From Patescibacteria group bacterium (GTDB lineage Bacteria; Patescibacteriota; Minisyncoccia; Portnoybacterales; UBA2143): a DNA stretch of 28,953 bases. Made by a program: the position numbers and the translations under genes. Positions 8,089-16,760 of the stretch are shown here, piece by piece. Each line of letters opens with the position of its first letter. Position 1 is the first letter of the stretch. The stretch lies in the NCBI GenBank assembly GCA_043814195.1, contig JBDRKH010000016.1:1-28953 (forward strand). The letters are read 5' to 3'. The notes below the pieces were generated by a model. The model ran no database searches and was not told the origin of the DNA. It worked only from the letters and a program-made list of their open reading frames with translations.

Positions 8089-8187
8089 AAGCTGGCGCTT
8101 CGTAGAGGGATGTGATTTTGCGCTGGCTTGTAAACGCAAACCCCTTTCCCCCTTAGACCAGGCAATCAATGGTCTAGGGGGCTTTTT
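8089..8187 (+). ncRNA. Candidate ~100-nt small RNA, family unknown
   Basis: Bounded by the promoter at 8055-8082 and the terminator at 8149-8187; internal stems 8104-8109/8142-8147 and 8117-8122/8135-8140; no ORF. Confidence 0.45.
8149..8187 (+). terminator. Intrinsic terminator
   Basis: 12-bp stem 8149-8160 / 8170-8181 (one G-U) followed by cTTTTT. Confidence 0.75.
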
Positions 8188-8219
8188 AATTTTGTTTTTT
8201 TGGGATATAATATAATTCA

Positions 8220-10088
8220 ATGAAACTAGAAGAATTAAAAAAGAAACTCTATAGGCCTGAAGCTGAATTTGAGGAAAGATTAGAAGGGCCAGAAGTCTTT
8301 CGGTCTGGTGAGACCAGAGAGAAAATTAAAATTAAGGAATGGCAGGCAGCAGAAAAGAAAAGAATGTCGCCTGAACAGAAAAAGAAATTGAAAATAATCG
8401 GCATTTCAGCCGGGGTGATTTTTTTAATTGTTATTGGTTTTTTGTTTTGGCGCGGTTTGACTTCTTTTGATACAGAAGAAGTAAGATTAGAAATCAATGG
8501 TCCGGAAAAAGTAGTCAGCGGCGAGGAGATTGAGTATACGGTTAAGTATCAGAATAATACTCGGCTGGCTTTGGAGGGAATAAAATTAATTTTCCATTTT
8601 CCTGAAAATTCTATTCCCAGCCAGGGCGATAATTTAGTCCAGACAATTGATTTGCCTAATTTGGGTTCAGGTCAGAAGCAAGAAACTAAATTACTGGCTA
8701 GAATCATTGGTTTAAAAGGAGAAGAGAAAAAAGCTTGGGTGGAATTAAGCTATCAACTGGCTGATTTAAGTTCTCGCTATAGCAACAAGACTGAATTCTC
8801 CAGCCAGATAATCTCGGTGCCTCTGGTTTTGGATTTTGATTTGCCAGAGCAATTAGTCAATGGCCAATCTTTTGATTTCTCTTTAAGATATTTGAATCAG
8901 GCCCAAGTTTCTTTTGATAATCTTCGGGTAAAAATTGAGTATCCAAGCGGTTTTGTTTTTGAATCAGCCAGTCCCGAAGCCTTAGAAAATGATAAAGTTT
9001 GGTCCTTGGACAATTTAATGGCTGGAGAGCAGGGAAAGATTTTTATCCGGGGCAGGATTGAAGGAGAAGAAGATGAAGCTAAATCATTCAAAGCTCAATT
9101 AGGCCTCTGGCAAGACAGCGGCTTTTCTTTGGTTACCGAGACAGCCAGCGCTTTGCGGATTTCTTCCTCACCCTTATTAGTCAGCCAAAAAGTTAATAAT
9201 TCAACCAGTTATTCGGCCCAGGTAGGGGAGCAGTTAAAATACCAAATTGATTATGAGAACACGACTGATATTGGCATTAACAATGTAATTATTATTTCTC
9301 AATTAGAAAGCCGGGCCTTAGACTTAACTAGTTTGGAATTAGGCCAAGCTTCTTTTGACGGAACTAGTCAAACTCTTACCTGGAATGCCAGCAATCTGAC
9401 AGCTCTAAAATATTTAGGACCTCATCAAAAAGGACAAATAAGTTTTTCCGTAAAGATTAAAAACTCTTTGTCAGTCAATAGCTATAATGACAAAAATTTT
9501 GAAGTTATTAATACAGTTAAAATCGATTCTTCAGAAAAACCACTGGCCTTAGAAGAAATTGAAATTGCCGGAGAAAGCCAGTCAATTACTAAAATAATCA
9601 GTCCTTTATCGCTTCAAGCTAAGGGTTATTACTACGACGACTTAATCAGTAATAGCGGGCCTGTTCCGCCTAAGGTTGGCCAAACCACTACTTATACGAT
9701 TAAATGGCAACTGGTTAATGTTTCTAATGATTTAAGCAATGTTAAAGTTCAGGCTTCTCTGCCGCCTCATGCTAAATGGATGAATAAAGTCAGTCCGGTT
9801 AGCGCTGATTTAAATTATAATTCCCAGACCGGTCAATTAATTTGGCAAATAGGTAATTTGTCAGCTGCCACCGGAGTTCTTTTGCCGGTTAAAGAAGTCG
9901 CTTTTCAGGTGGCGATTACTCCGAGCTTAGCTCATTTGGGAAGCGCTATGGAATTAATTGGTCAGTCTCAAATAACTGGACAGGATGATTTCGTTGGGTT
10001 AGAGTTGTCCAAGACAGATAGTTTAATTGATACCAGATTGCCAGATGACCCTTTGATTGATAGCAATCAAGGGCAAGTAATTGAATAA
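8220..10088 (+). CDS. Hypothetical membrane-anchored protein with beta-rich (Ig-like/DUF11-like) extracytoplasmic repeats
   Basis: Charged N-terminus, one TM segment (IIGISAGVIFLIVIGFLFW), then repeated segments of the GE.I.Y.V.Y.N type. Confidence 0.85.
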   Translation: MKLEELKKKLYRPEAEFEERLEGPEVFRSGETREKIKIKEWQAAEKKRMSPEQKKKLKIIGISAGVIFLIVIGFLFWRGLTSFDTEEVRLEINGPEKVVSGEEIEYTVKYQNNTRLALEGIKLIFHFPENSIPSQGDNLVQTIDLPNLGSGQKQETKLLARIIGLKGEEKKAWVELSYQLADLSSRYSNKTEFSSQIISVPLVLDFDLPEQLVNGQSFDFSLRYLNQAQVSFDNLRVKIEYPSGFVFESASPEALENDKVWSLDNLMAGEQGKIFIRGRIEGEEDEAKSFKAQLGLWQDSGFSLVTETASALRISSSPLLVSQKVNNSTSYSAQVGEQLKYQIDYENTTDIGINNVIIISQLESRALDLTSLELGQASFDGTSQTLTWNASNLTALKYLGPHQKGQISFSVKIKNSLSVNSYNDKNFEVINTVKIDSSEKPLALEEIEIAGESQSITKIISPLSLQAKGYYYDDLISNSGPVPPKVGQTTTYTIKWQLVNVSNDLSNVKVQASLPPHAKWMNKVSPVSADLNYNSQTGQLIWQIGNLSAATGVLLPVKEVAFQVAITPSLAHLGSAMELIGQSQITGQDDFVGLELSKTDSLIDTRLPDDPLIDSNQGQVIE

Positions 10089-10104
10089 TTAATCAATCGA
10101 AAAT

Positions 10105-11412
10105 ATGAGCCAAGATTTAATGGAAAAAATTGTATCGCTTTCAAAAAGGCGGGGTTTTGTTTATCCGGGTTCTGAGATTTATGGTGGATTAGCTAATACC
10201 TATGATTACGGACCTCTAGGAGCAGAACTAAAGAATAATATTAAACAGGCTTGGTGGAAATATTTTGTTCAAGATAGAGATGATATGGTTGGTTTGGATG
10301 GTGGAGTTATCTTAAGGGACAAGGTTTGGGAAGCTAGTGGTCATGTTGAAAATTTTAAAGATCCTTTAGCGGAATGCAAGAAATGTCATAAGAGATTTAG
10401 GCCCGATAAACTAGAAAATTTGTCTAAATGTCCTGAATGCGGAGGAGAGTTAACCGAAGAGAAATTTTTTAGTGGAATGTTCGAAACAACTATTGGTCCA
10501 GTAAAGGAAAAAGGGACTCGTGTTTATCTAAGACCAGAAACAGCCCAAAATATCTTTGTTAATTTTAAAAATGTCTTGGATTCATCTAATGTCGAAATTC
10601 CATTTGGTATTGGGCAAATGGGTAGGTGTTTTCGAAACGAAATTACCACCGGCCAATTTATTTTCAGAACCATAGAATTTGAAATAATGGAATTAGAGTA
10701 TTTTATTGCTCCTGATGCCAAGTGGGAAAAGATTTTTGAGGAATGGATGGACTATATCCATAAATTTACCGAAGTAATCGGTTTGGATAATAAAAAGCTT
10801 CATAATGTAGAGATTCCCGAAGGAGATAGAGCGCATTATTCAAAAAGAACTGTTGATATGTATTACGAGTTTCCTTTTGGCAAAGATGAATTATGGGCAA
10901 TCGCCTATCGGACTGATCATGATTTGTCTGGCCACCAAAAGATGTCTGGGCAGAACCTAGAATATTTTGATGAAAAAAACAATAAAAAGTATCTGCCTCA
11001 TGTTATTGAACCGACTTTCGGTTTTGACAGGACTTTTTTGGCGATTTTATCAGAAGCCTATAAAGAGGAAAAAGTTAATGAAGAGAAAAGAGTTGTTTTA
11101 AAGTTTCATCCTGGTGTAGCTCCGATTAAAGCAGCGGTTTTCCCTTTGTTGCGCAATAAGCCGGAGTTAGTCAAAAAAGCTAGAGAGATTTACGACCAAT
11201 TAAGAAAAGAATTTGTGGTTGCTTTTGATGACAGGGGGAACATCGGCAAACGTTATCGTTCTCAAGATGAAATTGGCACGCCCTTTTGCTTGACTGTGGA
11301 TTTTGACAGTTTAGAAAAAGACGATTTAACCGTGCGGGATCGCGATACCATGAAGCAGGAACGGGTTAAAATTAAAGAACTCAAAGATTATTTAAAAGAA
11401 AAGTTATCATAG
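10105..11412 (+). CDS. glyS: Glycine--tRNA ligase, alpha2 (homodimeric) type
   Basis: KRRGFVYPGSEIYGG, YLRPETAQ, FRNEIT...FRTIEFEIMELE, IEPTFGFDR, C-terminal anticodon-binding domain. Confidence 0.97.
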   Translation: MSQDLMEKIVSLSKRRGFVYPGSEIYGGLANTYDYGPLGAELKNNIKQAWWKYFVQDRDDMVGLDGGVILRDKVWEASGHVENFKDPLAECKKCHKRFRPDKLENLSKCPECGGELTEEKFFSGMFETTIGPVKEKGTRVYLRPETAQNIFVNFKNVLDSSNVEIPFGIGQMGRCFRNEITTGQFIFRTIEFEIMELEYFIAPDAKWEKIFEEWMDYIHKFTEVIGLDNKKLHNVEIPEGDRAHYSKRTVDMYYEFPFGKDELWAIAYRTDHDLSGHQKMSGQNLEYFDEKNNKKYLPHVIEPTFGFDRTFLAILSEAYKEEKVNEEKRVVLKFHPGVAPIKAAVFPLLRNKPELVKKAREIYDQLRKEFVVAFDDRGNIGKRYRSQDEIGTPFCLTVDFDSLEKDDLTVRDRDTMKQERVKIKELKDYLKEKLS

Positions 11413-11426
11413 ATTTGAGAAATTAC

Positions 11427-12698
11427 ATGAATAATTATAAAAAAATAACCCTTAAAAACGGCTTAAGAATTATTACTGTGCCTGACAAGAATACCCAGAC
11501 CGCCGCAGTTTTGGTTTTGGTTGGCACCGGCTCTAAATACGAGACTAAGGAAATCAATGGCGTTTCTCATTTCTTGGAACACATGTTTTTTAAGGGGACT
11601 AAAAAACGGCCTAACTTGGTAAAGCTAATTTTGCCTTTGGATAGAATTGGCGGTCATTACAACGCCTTTACTGGCCAGGAATATACTGGTTATTGGGCTA
11701 AAGTTGACGCAAGTCATTTGGATACTGCTTTGGATTTTGTTTCAGATATTTATTTAAACTCAATTTTTGCCAGAGGAGAGATTAATCGGGAAAGAGGGAC
11801 AATCTTGCAGGAGATTAATATGATTTTTGATACGCCTATGAGATATGTTGAGGAACTTTGGCTTAAGCTTTTGTACGGCAATCAGCCGGCTGGTTGGGAT
11901 ATTGCCGGATCATCTGATGTTATCAAAAGTATCAAGCGAAAACATTTCACCCAATATTTAGAAGACCATTATTCAGCTAAAAATACTATCATTGCCATTG
12001 CTGGCAATATTAATCATCAGTCAACTGTCAAAAAAGTTAAAAAATATTTTCAAGAAATTAGTCGGCAATCAGCTAAAGACAAATTGCCAGTCAGAGAAAA
12101 ACAAAGCCAACCGCGAACCTTGATTCATTACAAAAAAACCGACCAAACCCATCTGATTTTAGGAGTCCGCGCCTATAACTTATTTCACCCGGATAAATAT
12201 GCCTTAGGTTTATTAGGGGCGGTTTTGGGCGCGGGCTTCAGTTCTCGTCTCTGGATTTCCGTTAGAGAGCGAGAAGGCCTAGCTTACTATCTTTATGCTG
12301 GCACAGATATGGATACTGATACTGGTTGTTTAACAGCTCATACCGGAATTGATATTCAAAGAGTAGATAAGGCAATTAAAATAATTCTTAATGAGTATAA
12401 AAAGCTAGCTAATAAAAAAGTTGGTTTCAGCGAATTGAAAAAAGCTAAAGACTATATCAAAGGCTCGACTTTAATTAACATGGAAGCATCTGACGCTCAG
12501 GCCTCCTATTATGCTACTCAGGAACTTTTGACCGGAGAAATTTTGACTCTGGAGGAGAAATTTGCTAAAATTGATAAAGTGACGGCTCATGATATTCAAA
12601 GAGTGGCTCGAGATATTTTTAGACCGGAAAAGCTTAATTTAGCTTTAATCGGGCCATTTAAAGACAAAAGGAGATTTGAGAAAATTCTTAAAATATGA
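11427..12698 (+). CDS. M16 family (pitrilysin-like) zinc peptidase
   Basis: GSKYE...GVSHFLEHMFFKGT (HxxEH), NAFTGQEYTGY. ATG 11427 is preferred over TTG 11415. Confidence 0.93.
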   Translation: MNNYKKITLKNGLRIITVPDKNTQTAAVLVLVGTGSKYETKEINGVSHFLEHMFFKGTKKRPNLVKLILPLDRIGGHYNAFTGQEYTGYWAKVDASHLDTALDFVSDIYLNSIFARGEINRERGTILQEINMIFDTPMRYVEELWLKLLYGNQPAGWDIAGSSDVIKSIKRKHFTQYLEDHYSAKNTIIAIAGNINHQSTVKKVKKYFQEISRQSAKDKLPVREKQSQPRTLIHYKKTDQTHLILGVRAYNLFHPDKYALGLLGAVLGAGFSSRLWISVREREGLAYYLYAGTDMDTDTGCLTAHTGIDIQRVDKAIKIILNEYKKLANKKVGFSELKKAKDYIKGSTLINMEASDAQASYYATQELLTGEILTLEEKFAKIDKVTAHDIQRVARDIFRPEKLNLALIGPFKDKRRFEKILKI

Positions 12699-13699
12699 AT
12701 AATTCTCAAACAATTAATATTTCAACTTCCACGATTTTCCGAGTAATCGCCATTCTTTTAGCTTTGGTTTTTTTGTATCTGATTCGCGATATTTTATTGA
12801 TTGTTTTTGTGGCCGTGGTGATTGCCTCGGCAATTAATGGACCAGTCAGCTGGCTGCAAAAACATAGAGTGCCTCGGCTCTTGGGCGTAATTTTTATCTA
12901 TCTTCTTCTTTTGTTGGTTCTGGCTTTAATTATTACTCTGATTTTCCCTCCCTTAGCCGAACAAGTTAAGCAATTAGCCGCTAACTTCCCTGATTTTATG
13001 GAAAAAATCGGGTTAAGTGTGCAAGAGTGGTGGGGCAAATACAAGATTGAGGGCGATTTGCAAACTTTTTTAAGTAAGATTGGTAATAGTTTGAGTCAGG
13101 CCACTTCCAGTGTTTTTGGGACAATTATCAATCTTTTTGGCGGATTATTTTCCGCCATGATTGTCTTGGTCATTTCATTTTATCTGGCCGTTCAGGAAAA
13201 AGGAGTTAAAAGATTTTTGGTTTCTTTAACTCCCCAGGAACATCAGCATTACCTTTCTGATTTAATTGAGCGGATTCAAAGTAAAATCGGCAGCTGGTTA
13301 AGAGGCCAGTTATTATTAATGCTGATTATCGGCGTTTTGACCTATGTCGGTCTTTATTTTCTGGGCGTTAAATACGCTTTAACCCTGGCTTTGATCGCCT
13401 GTCTTTTGGAAATTATTCCTTATCTTGGTCCGATTCTAGCGGGTATTCCAGCTGTGATTCTGGGTTTTACCCAATCACCCTTTTTAGCTTTATTAGTTAT
13501 TATTCTTTATATTGTTATCCAGCAGCTTGAAAATTACGTGATTGCTCCCCAAGTAATGAAAAGAGCGGTTGGCTTGAGTCCAATTATTATTATCATTGCC
13601 ATGCTAATCGGAGCTAAACTAGCTGGCATTCTTGGGTTGATTCTGTCAGTTCCCGTAACCGCGGCCATAGTTGAATTTTTGAAAGATTTGGAGAAGTAG
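12695..13699 (+). CDS. AI-2E family (PerM-like) transporter
   Basis: Multi-TM protein; WLRGQLLLMLIIG, LEIIPYLGP, QQLENYVIAPQVMKRAVGL. Confidence 0.92.
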   Translation: MNNSQTINISTSTIFRVIAILLALVFLYLIRDILLIVFVAVVIASAINGPVSWLQKHRVPRLLGVIFIYLLLLLVLALIITLIFPPLAEQVKQLAANFPDFMEKIGLSVQEWWGKYKIEGDLQTFLSKIGNSLSQATSSVFGTIINLFGGLFSAMIVLVISFYLAVQEKGVKRFLVSLTPQEHQHYLSDLIERIQSKIGSWLRGQLLLMLIIGVLTYVGLYFLGVKYALTLALIACLLEIIPYLGPILAGIPAVILGFTQSPFLALLVIILYIVIQQLENYVIAPQVMKRAVGLSPIIIIIAMLIGAKLAGILGLILSVPVTAAIVEFLKDLEK

Positions 13700-13710
13700 A
13701 AATTCTAATT

Positions 13711-13755
13711 AAGGTCGTACCTTATCTAAATCGTCCTTGCCAAAAAGGACGATTT
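13711..13755. repeat. Shortened derivative of the 106-bp element
   Basis: AAGGTCGTACCTT core at 13711-13723 plus an 11-bp hairpin aaatcgtcctt-gccaaa-aaggacgattt; shares cgtccttgcc with the reverse complement of the full element. Confidence 0.7.
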
Positions 13756-13766
13756 TTAGCTACAAT
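13737..13766 (+). promoter_or_regulatory. sigma70-type promoter of rsmI
   Basis: TTGCCA-18 nt-TACAAT, 6 nt before the ATG at 13773. Confidence 0.55.
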
Positions 13767-13772
13767 AAGAGC

Positions 13773-14450
13773 ATGTTATACATTGTCGCCACGCCGATCG
13801 GCAACCTTAAGGATTTGTCATTTCGGGCTTTAGAAACTTTAAAAGAGGTTGATTTGATTCTTTGCGAGGATACTCGGATAACCAGAAAATTATTGAGTCA
13901 TTTTCAGATTTCCAAGCCAACTTTAAGTTATCACCAGCACAGCAAATTAACCAAACTCAAGTATATTTTAGAGCAAATCAGGCAAGGCAGAAAACTAGCC
14001 TTGGTTTCTGACGCGGGCACGCCGACCATCAGCGACCCGGGCGCTAAATTAATCAGCTTTCTAAATGAACAACTGCCAGATTTGAAAATTATTTCGATTC
14101 CCGGCCCTAGCGCTTTAACCGCTGCTTTAAGTATTTCCGGATTTCCGGCTGATAAGTTTCTTTTTCTTGGTTTCCCGCCGGTCAAGAAAAAAAGGAAAAA
14201 ATTTTTTGAACAGATAATTAATTCCAAATATCCAGTGGTTTTTTACGAATCATCTCATCGGATTGTTAAATCATTAAAAGAATTAGAAATCCTGTTTCAG
14301 GTTTCAGGTTTCAAGTTCCAGGTGGTGGTTTGCCGCGAATTAACCAAAAAATTTGAAACTATTTACCGGGGCAATATCCGGGAAATTATTGAACAAATTA
14401 ACAAAGACCAAATCAAAGGAGAATTTGTTGTTGTTATAAACCATGCCTAA
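13773..14450 (+). CDS. rsmI: 16S rRNA (C1402-2'-O)-methyltransferase RsmI
   Basis: MLYIVATPIGNLKD...CEDTR...ALVSDAGTPTISDPG...IPGPSA...FYES...RELTKKFE. ATG 13773 gives the canonical N-terminus. Confidence 0.96.
   Translation: MLYIVATPIGNLKDLSFRALETLKEVDLILCEDTRITRKLLSHFQISKPTLSYHQHSKLTKLKYILEQIRQGRKLALVSDAGTPTISDPGAKLISFLNEQLPDLKIISIPGPSALTAALSISGFPADKFLFLGFPPVKKKRKKFFEQIINSKYPVVFYESSHRIVKSLKELEILFQVSGFKFQVVVCRELTKKFETIYRGNIREIIEQINKDQIKGEFVVVINHA
14294..14321 (+). repeat. Four tandem heptamers (GTTTCAG/GTTTCAA/GTTCCAG) inside rsmI
   Basis: gtttcag gtttcag gtttcaa gttccag, read as FQVSGFKFQ. Confidence 0.8.
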
Positions 14451-15867
14451 GAAATTTTATCTCACTACCCCCATTTATTACGTAAACGATAAGCCGCATA
14501 TTGGTCATGCTTATACGACTATTGCAGCTGATGTTTTGGCTCGCTATCATAAATCAAAAGGCGAGCAAGTTTTCTTTTTGACTGGCACGGACGAACATGG
14601 CGACAAAGTGGCTCAGGCCGCAGAAAAAGCAGGTCAGTCATCCCAGGAATTTGTTGACCAAGTTGTTAAAGATTTTTATCAAGCTTGGGAAAAACTAAAT
14701 ATTGAATATAACGATTTTATTCGGACTACTGAAGAGCGTCATAAAAAAGGGGTAACGAAGTTTTTAGACAAGCTAAATCAAAATGGCAAGATTTATCAGG
14801 ATGATTACAAAGCTTTGTACTGTCAGGGCTGCGAGGATTTTATTTTTAAAAAAGACCTAATAAACGGCAAGTGTCCTTATCATGATAAAGAGCCCAAATT
14901 AATTTCAGAGAGAAACTACTTTTTCAAACTTAATGATTTTTTACCTCAAGTTAGAAAACTCATTGAACAGAATAAGTTTATTATTGAGCCAGAAGAGAGA
15001 AAAAGAGAAGTTCTTTCGCTTTTAAAACAAGATTTAGGCAATCTTTCTATTTCTCGAGAAAGAGTTAAGTGGGGCATACCTTTACCATTTGATAAAAAAC
15101 AGACTTGTTATGTGTGGATAGAGGCCTTAGCTAATTATTTAACAGCTATAGGCTATGGGACAGATGAGAAAAAATTTAAAAAATATTGGCCAGCTGATAT
15201 TCATTTTATGGCAAAGGATATCTTGAAATTTCACACTATATTTTGGCCGGCGCTTTTGCTGGCAGTTGATTTGCCTCTTCCTAAAAAGATTTTTATTCAT
15301 GGATTTTTCACGGTTAATGGTCAGAAAATGAGTAAAAGTCTAGGTAATGTAATTGACCCAGCTTGTCTAGCTGACAAATACGGAGCAGATGTGGTCAGGT
15401 ATTTTCTTTTAAGAGAAATCTCTTTTGGCCAAGATGGCGATTTTTCTATCAAAAGATTAGAAGAGCGCTATAATTCCGATTTGGCTAATGGTTTAGGCAA
15501 TTTAGTCAGCCGGGTTTTGACTTTGTCGGAGAAAGTTAAAGCCAAGCCAAGTCAAAAGTCAGCCCTTGATAAGCAAATTAAATCAACACAAAGAAAATAC
15601 CAACAGGCCCTGGAAGAAATTAAATTTAACGAGGCCTTGGATGCAGTCTGGCAGTTAATTAGCGCTTGCGATGAATATGTTGAGAAAAATAAAGTTTGGC
15701 AATTAGTAAAAAACGATATTAATAAAGCTAAAAAGGTTTTATGTGATTTATTGACTGCCATCAAAGAAATCGCTATTTTATTAAAACCATTTGTGCCGGA
15801 AACTTCAGATAAGATTTTAAAGCAAATTGACAAAAATAAAAAAGCGGTCTTATTCCCGCGATTGTAG
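14443..15867 (+). CDS. metG: Methionine--tRNA ligase (short form, no C-terminal tRNA-binding domain)
   Basis: TTPIYYVNDKPHIGHAYT, GTDEHG, CQGC...CPYH, KDILKFH, KMSKSLGN. Confidence 0.97.
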   Translation: MPKKFYLTTPIYYVNDKPHIGHAYTTIAADVLARYHKSKGEQVFFLTGTDEHGDKVAQAAEKAGQSSQEFVDQVVKDFYQAWEKLNIEYNDFIRTTEERHKKGVTKFLDKLNQNGKIYQDDYKALYCQGCEDFIFKKDLINGKCPYHDKEPKLISERNYFFKLNDFLPQVRKLIEQNKFIIEPEERKREVLSLLKQDLGNLSISRERVKWGIPLPFDKKQTCYVWIEALANYLTAIGYGTDEKKFKKYWPADIHFMAKDILKFHTIFWPALLLAVDLPLPKKIFIHGFFTVNGQKMSKSLGNVIDPACLADKYGADVVRYFLLREISFGQDGDFSIKRLEERYNSDLANGLGNLVSRVLTLSEKVKAKPSQKSALDKQIKSTQRKYQQALEEIKFNEALDAVWQLISACDEYVEKNKVWQLVKNDINKAKKVLCDLLTAIKEIAILLKPFVPETSDKILKQIDKNKKAVLFPRL

Positions 15868-15898
15868 ATATTTATAAAATAATTTTAGATGTCTTTAT

Positions 15899-16756
15899 AT
15901 GTCTAAACCGTTATTAATTGACACTCACGCTCATGCTAATTTCAATGTCTACCAGGATGATGGCGACCAAATAATTAAGCGCGCTCTGGATGAAAATATC
16001 TGGCTGATTAATATTGGCGCCCAATACAGCACTAGCCAACGGGCAGTTGAGTACGCAAAAAAATACAAAGAAGGGGTCTATGCAGTGGTTGGTTTGCATC
16101 CGATTCATGTAAATAAAGGCGGGTTTGAAAAAGAATGGGATGGCGCGGTTTCAGAAAGAGAGTTTGAGGAATTTGATTCAGAGAAATATAAGAAATTATT
16201 AGAAAATCCCAAAGTAGTGGCTATGGGCGAAATCGGCTTGGACTATTTTGAGGGAATCACTGAAAAACAAAAAGAAAAGCAAAAACAAGTTTTTATGGAA
16301 CAACTGGATTTAGCCCGACAAATGGATAAGCCGATTGTTTTTCATTGCCGCAAAGCTTACCATGATTTAATTGAACTTTTGAAAATGTTTAATTTGGGCT
16401 GCGCCGGCTGTCCGATGGGCGGGGGGTGCGCCCCAAAATTAAAAGGCGCGCTCCATTGTTTCATGGGGCGTTGGTCTCAAGCGGAAAAGTTTTTGGAAAT
16501 GGATTTTTATTTCGGCTTTAACGGGTTAATCACTTATGCCCGGGATTATGACAAGGTAATAAAAAACCTTCCCCTGGAAAAGATATTACTAGAAACCGAT
16601 TGCCCTTATTTAACTCCTGAACCTCATCGGGATAAAAGAAACGAGCCTTTATACGTCAAATACGTGGCCGAAAAAATCGCGGAAATTAAAGGAATAAAGT
16701 TTGAACAAGTGGTTGAACAAACAACCAAAAACGCTAAAGAATTATTTAATATTTAG
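15899..16756 (+). CDS. tatD: TatD family DNase/hydrolase
   Basis: IDTHAH, GLHP, GEIGLDY, FHCR, LHCF, LLETDCPYLTP...RNEP. Confidence 0.95.
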   Translation: MSKPLLIDTHAHANFNVYQDDGDQIIKRALDENIWLINIGAQYSTSQRAVEYAKKYKEGVYAVVGLHPIHVNKGGFEKEWDGAVSEREFEEFDSEKYKKLLENPKVVAMGEIGLDYFEGITEKQKEKQKQVFMEQLDLARQMDKPIVFHCRKAYHDLIELLKMFNLGCAGCPMGGGCAPKLKGALHCFMGRWSQAEKFLEMDFYFGFNGLITYARDYDKVIKNLPLEKILLETDCPYLTPEPHRDKRNEPLYVKYVAEKIAEIKGIKFEQVVEQTTKNAKELFNI

Positions 16757-16760
16757 ATTT

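Noticed and set aside
8089-8187. T-box leader for glyS
   Set aside because: No T-box consensus, too short, and a 1.9-kb gene lies between it and glyS.
13737-13772. TTG-start extension of rsmI
   Set aside because: The extension is the repeat/promoter sequence; the family N-terminus begins at ATG 13773.
16701-16760. TTG-start extension of leuS
   Set aside because: Overlaps the tatD 3' end; the canonical LeuRS start MLKYNP is at 16761.
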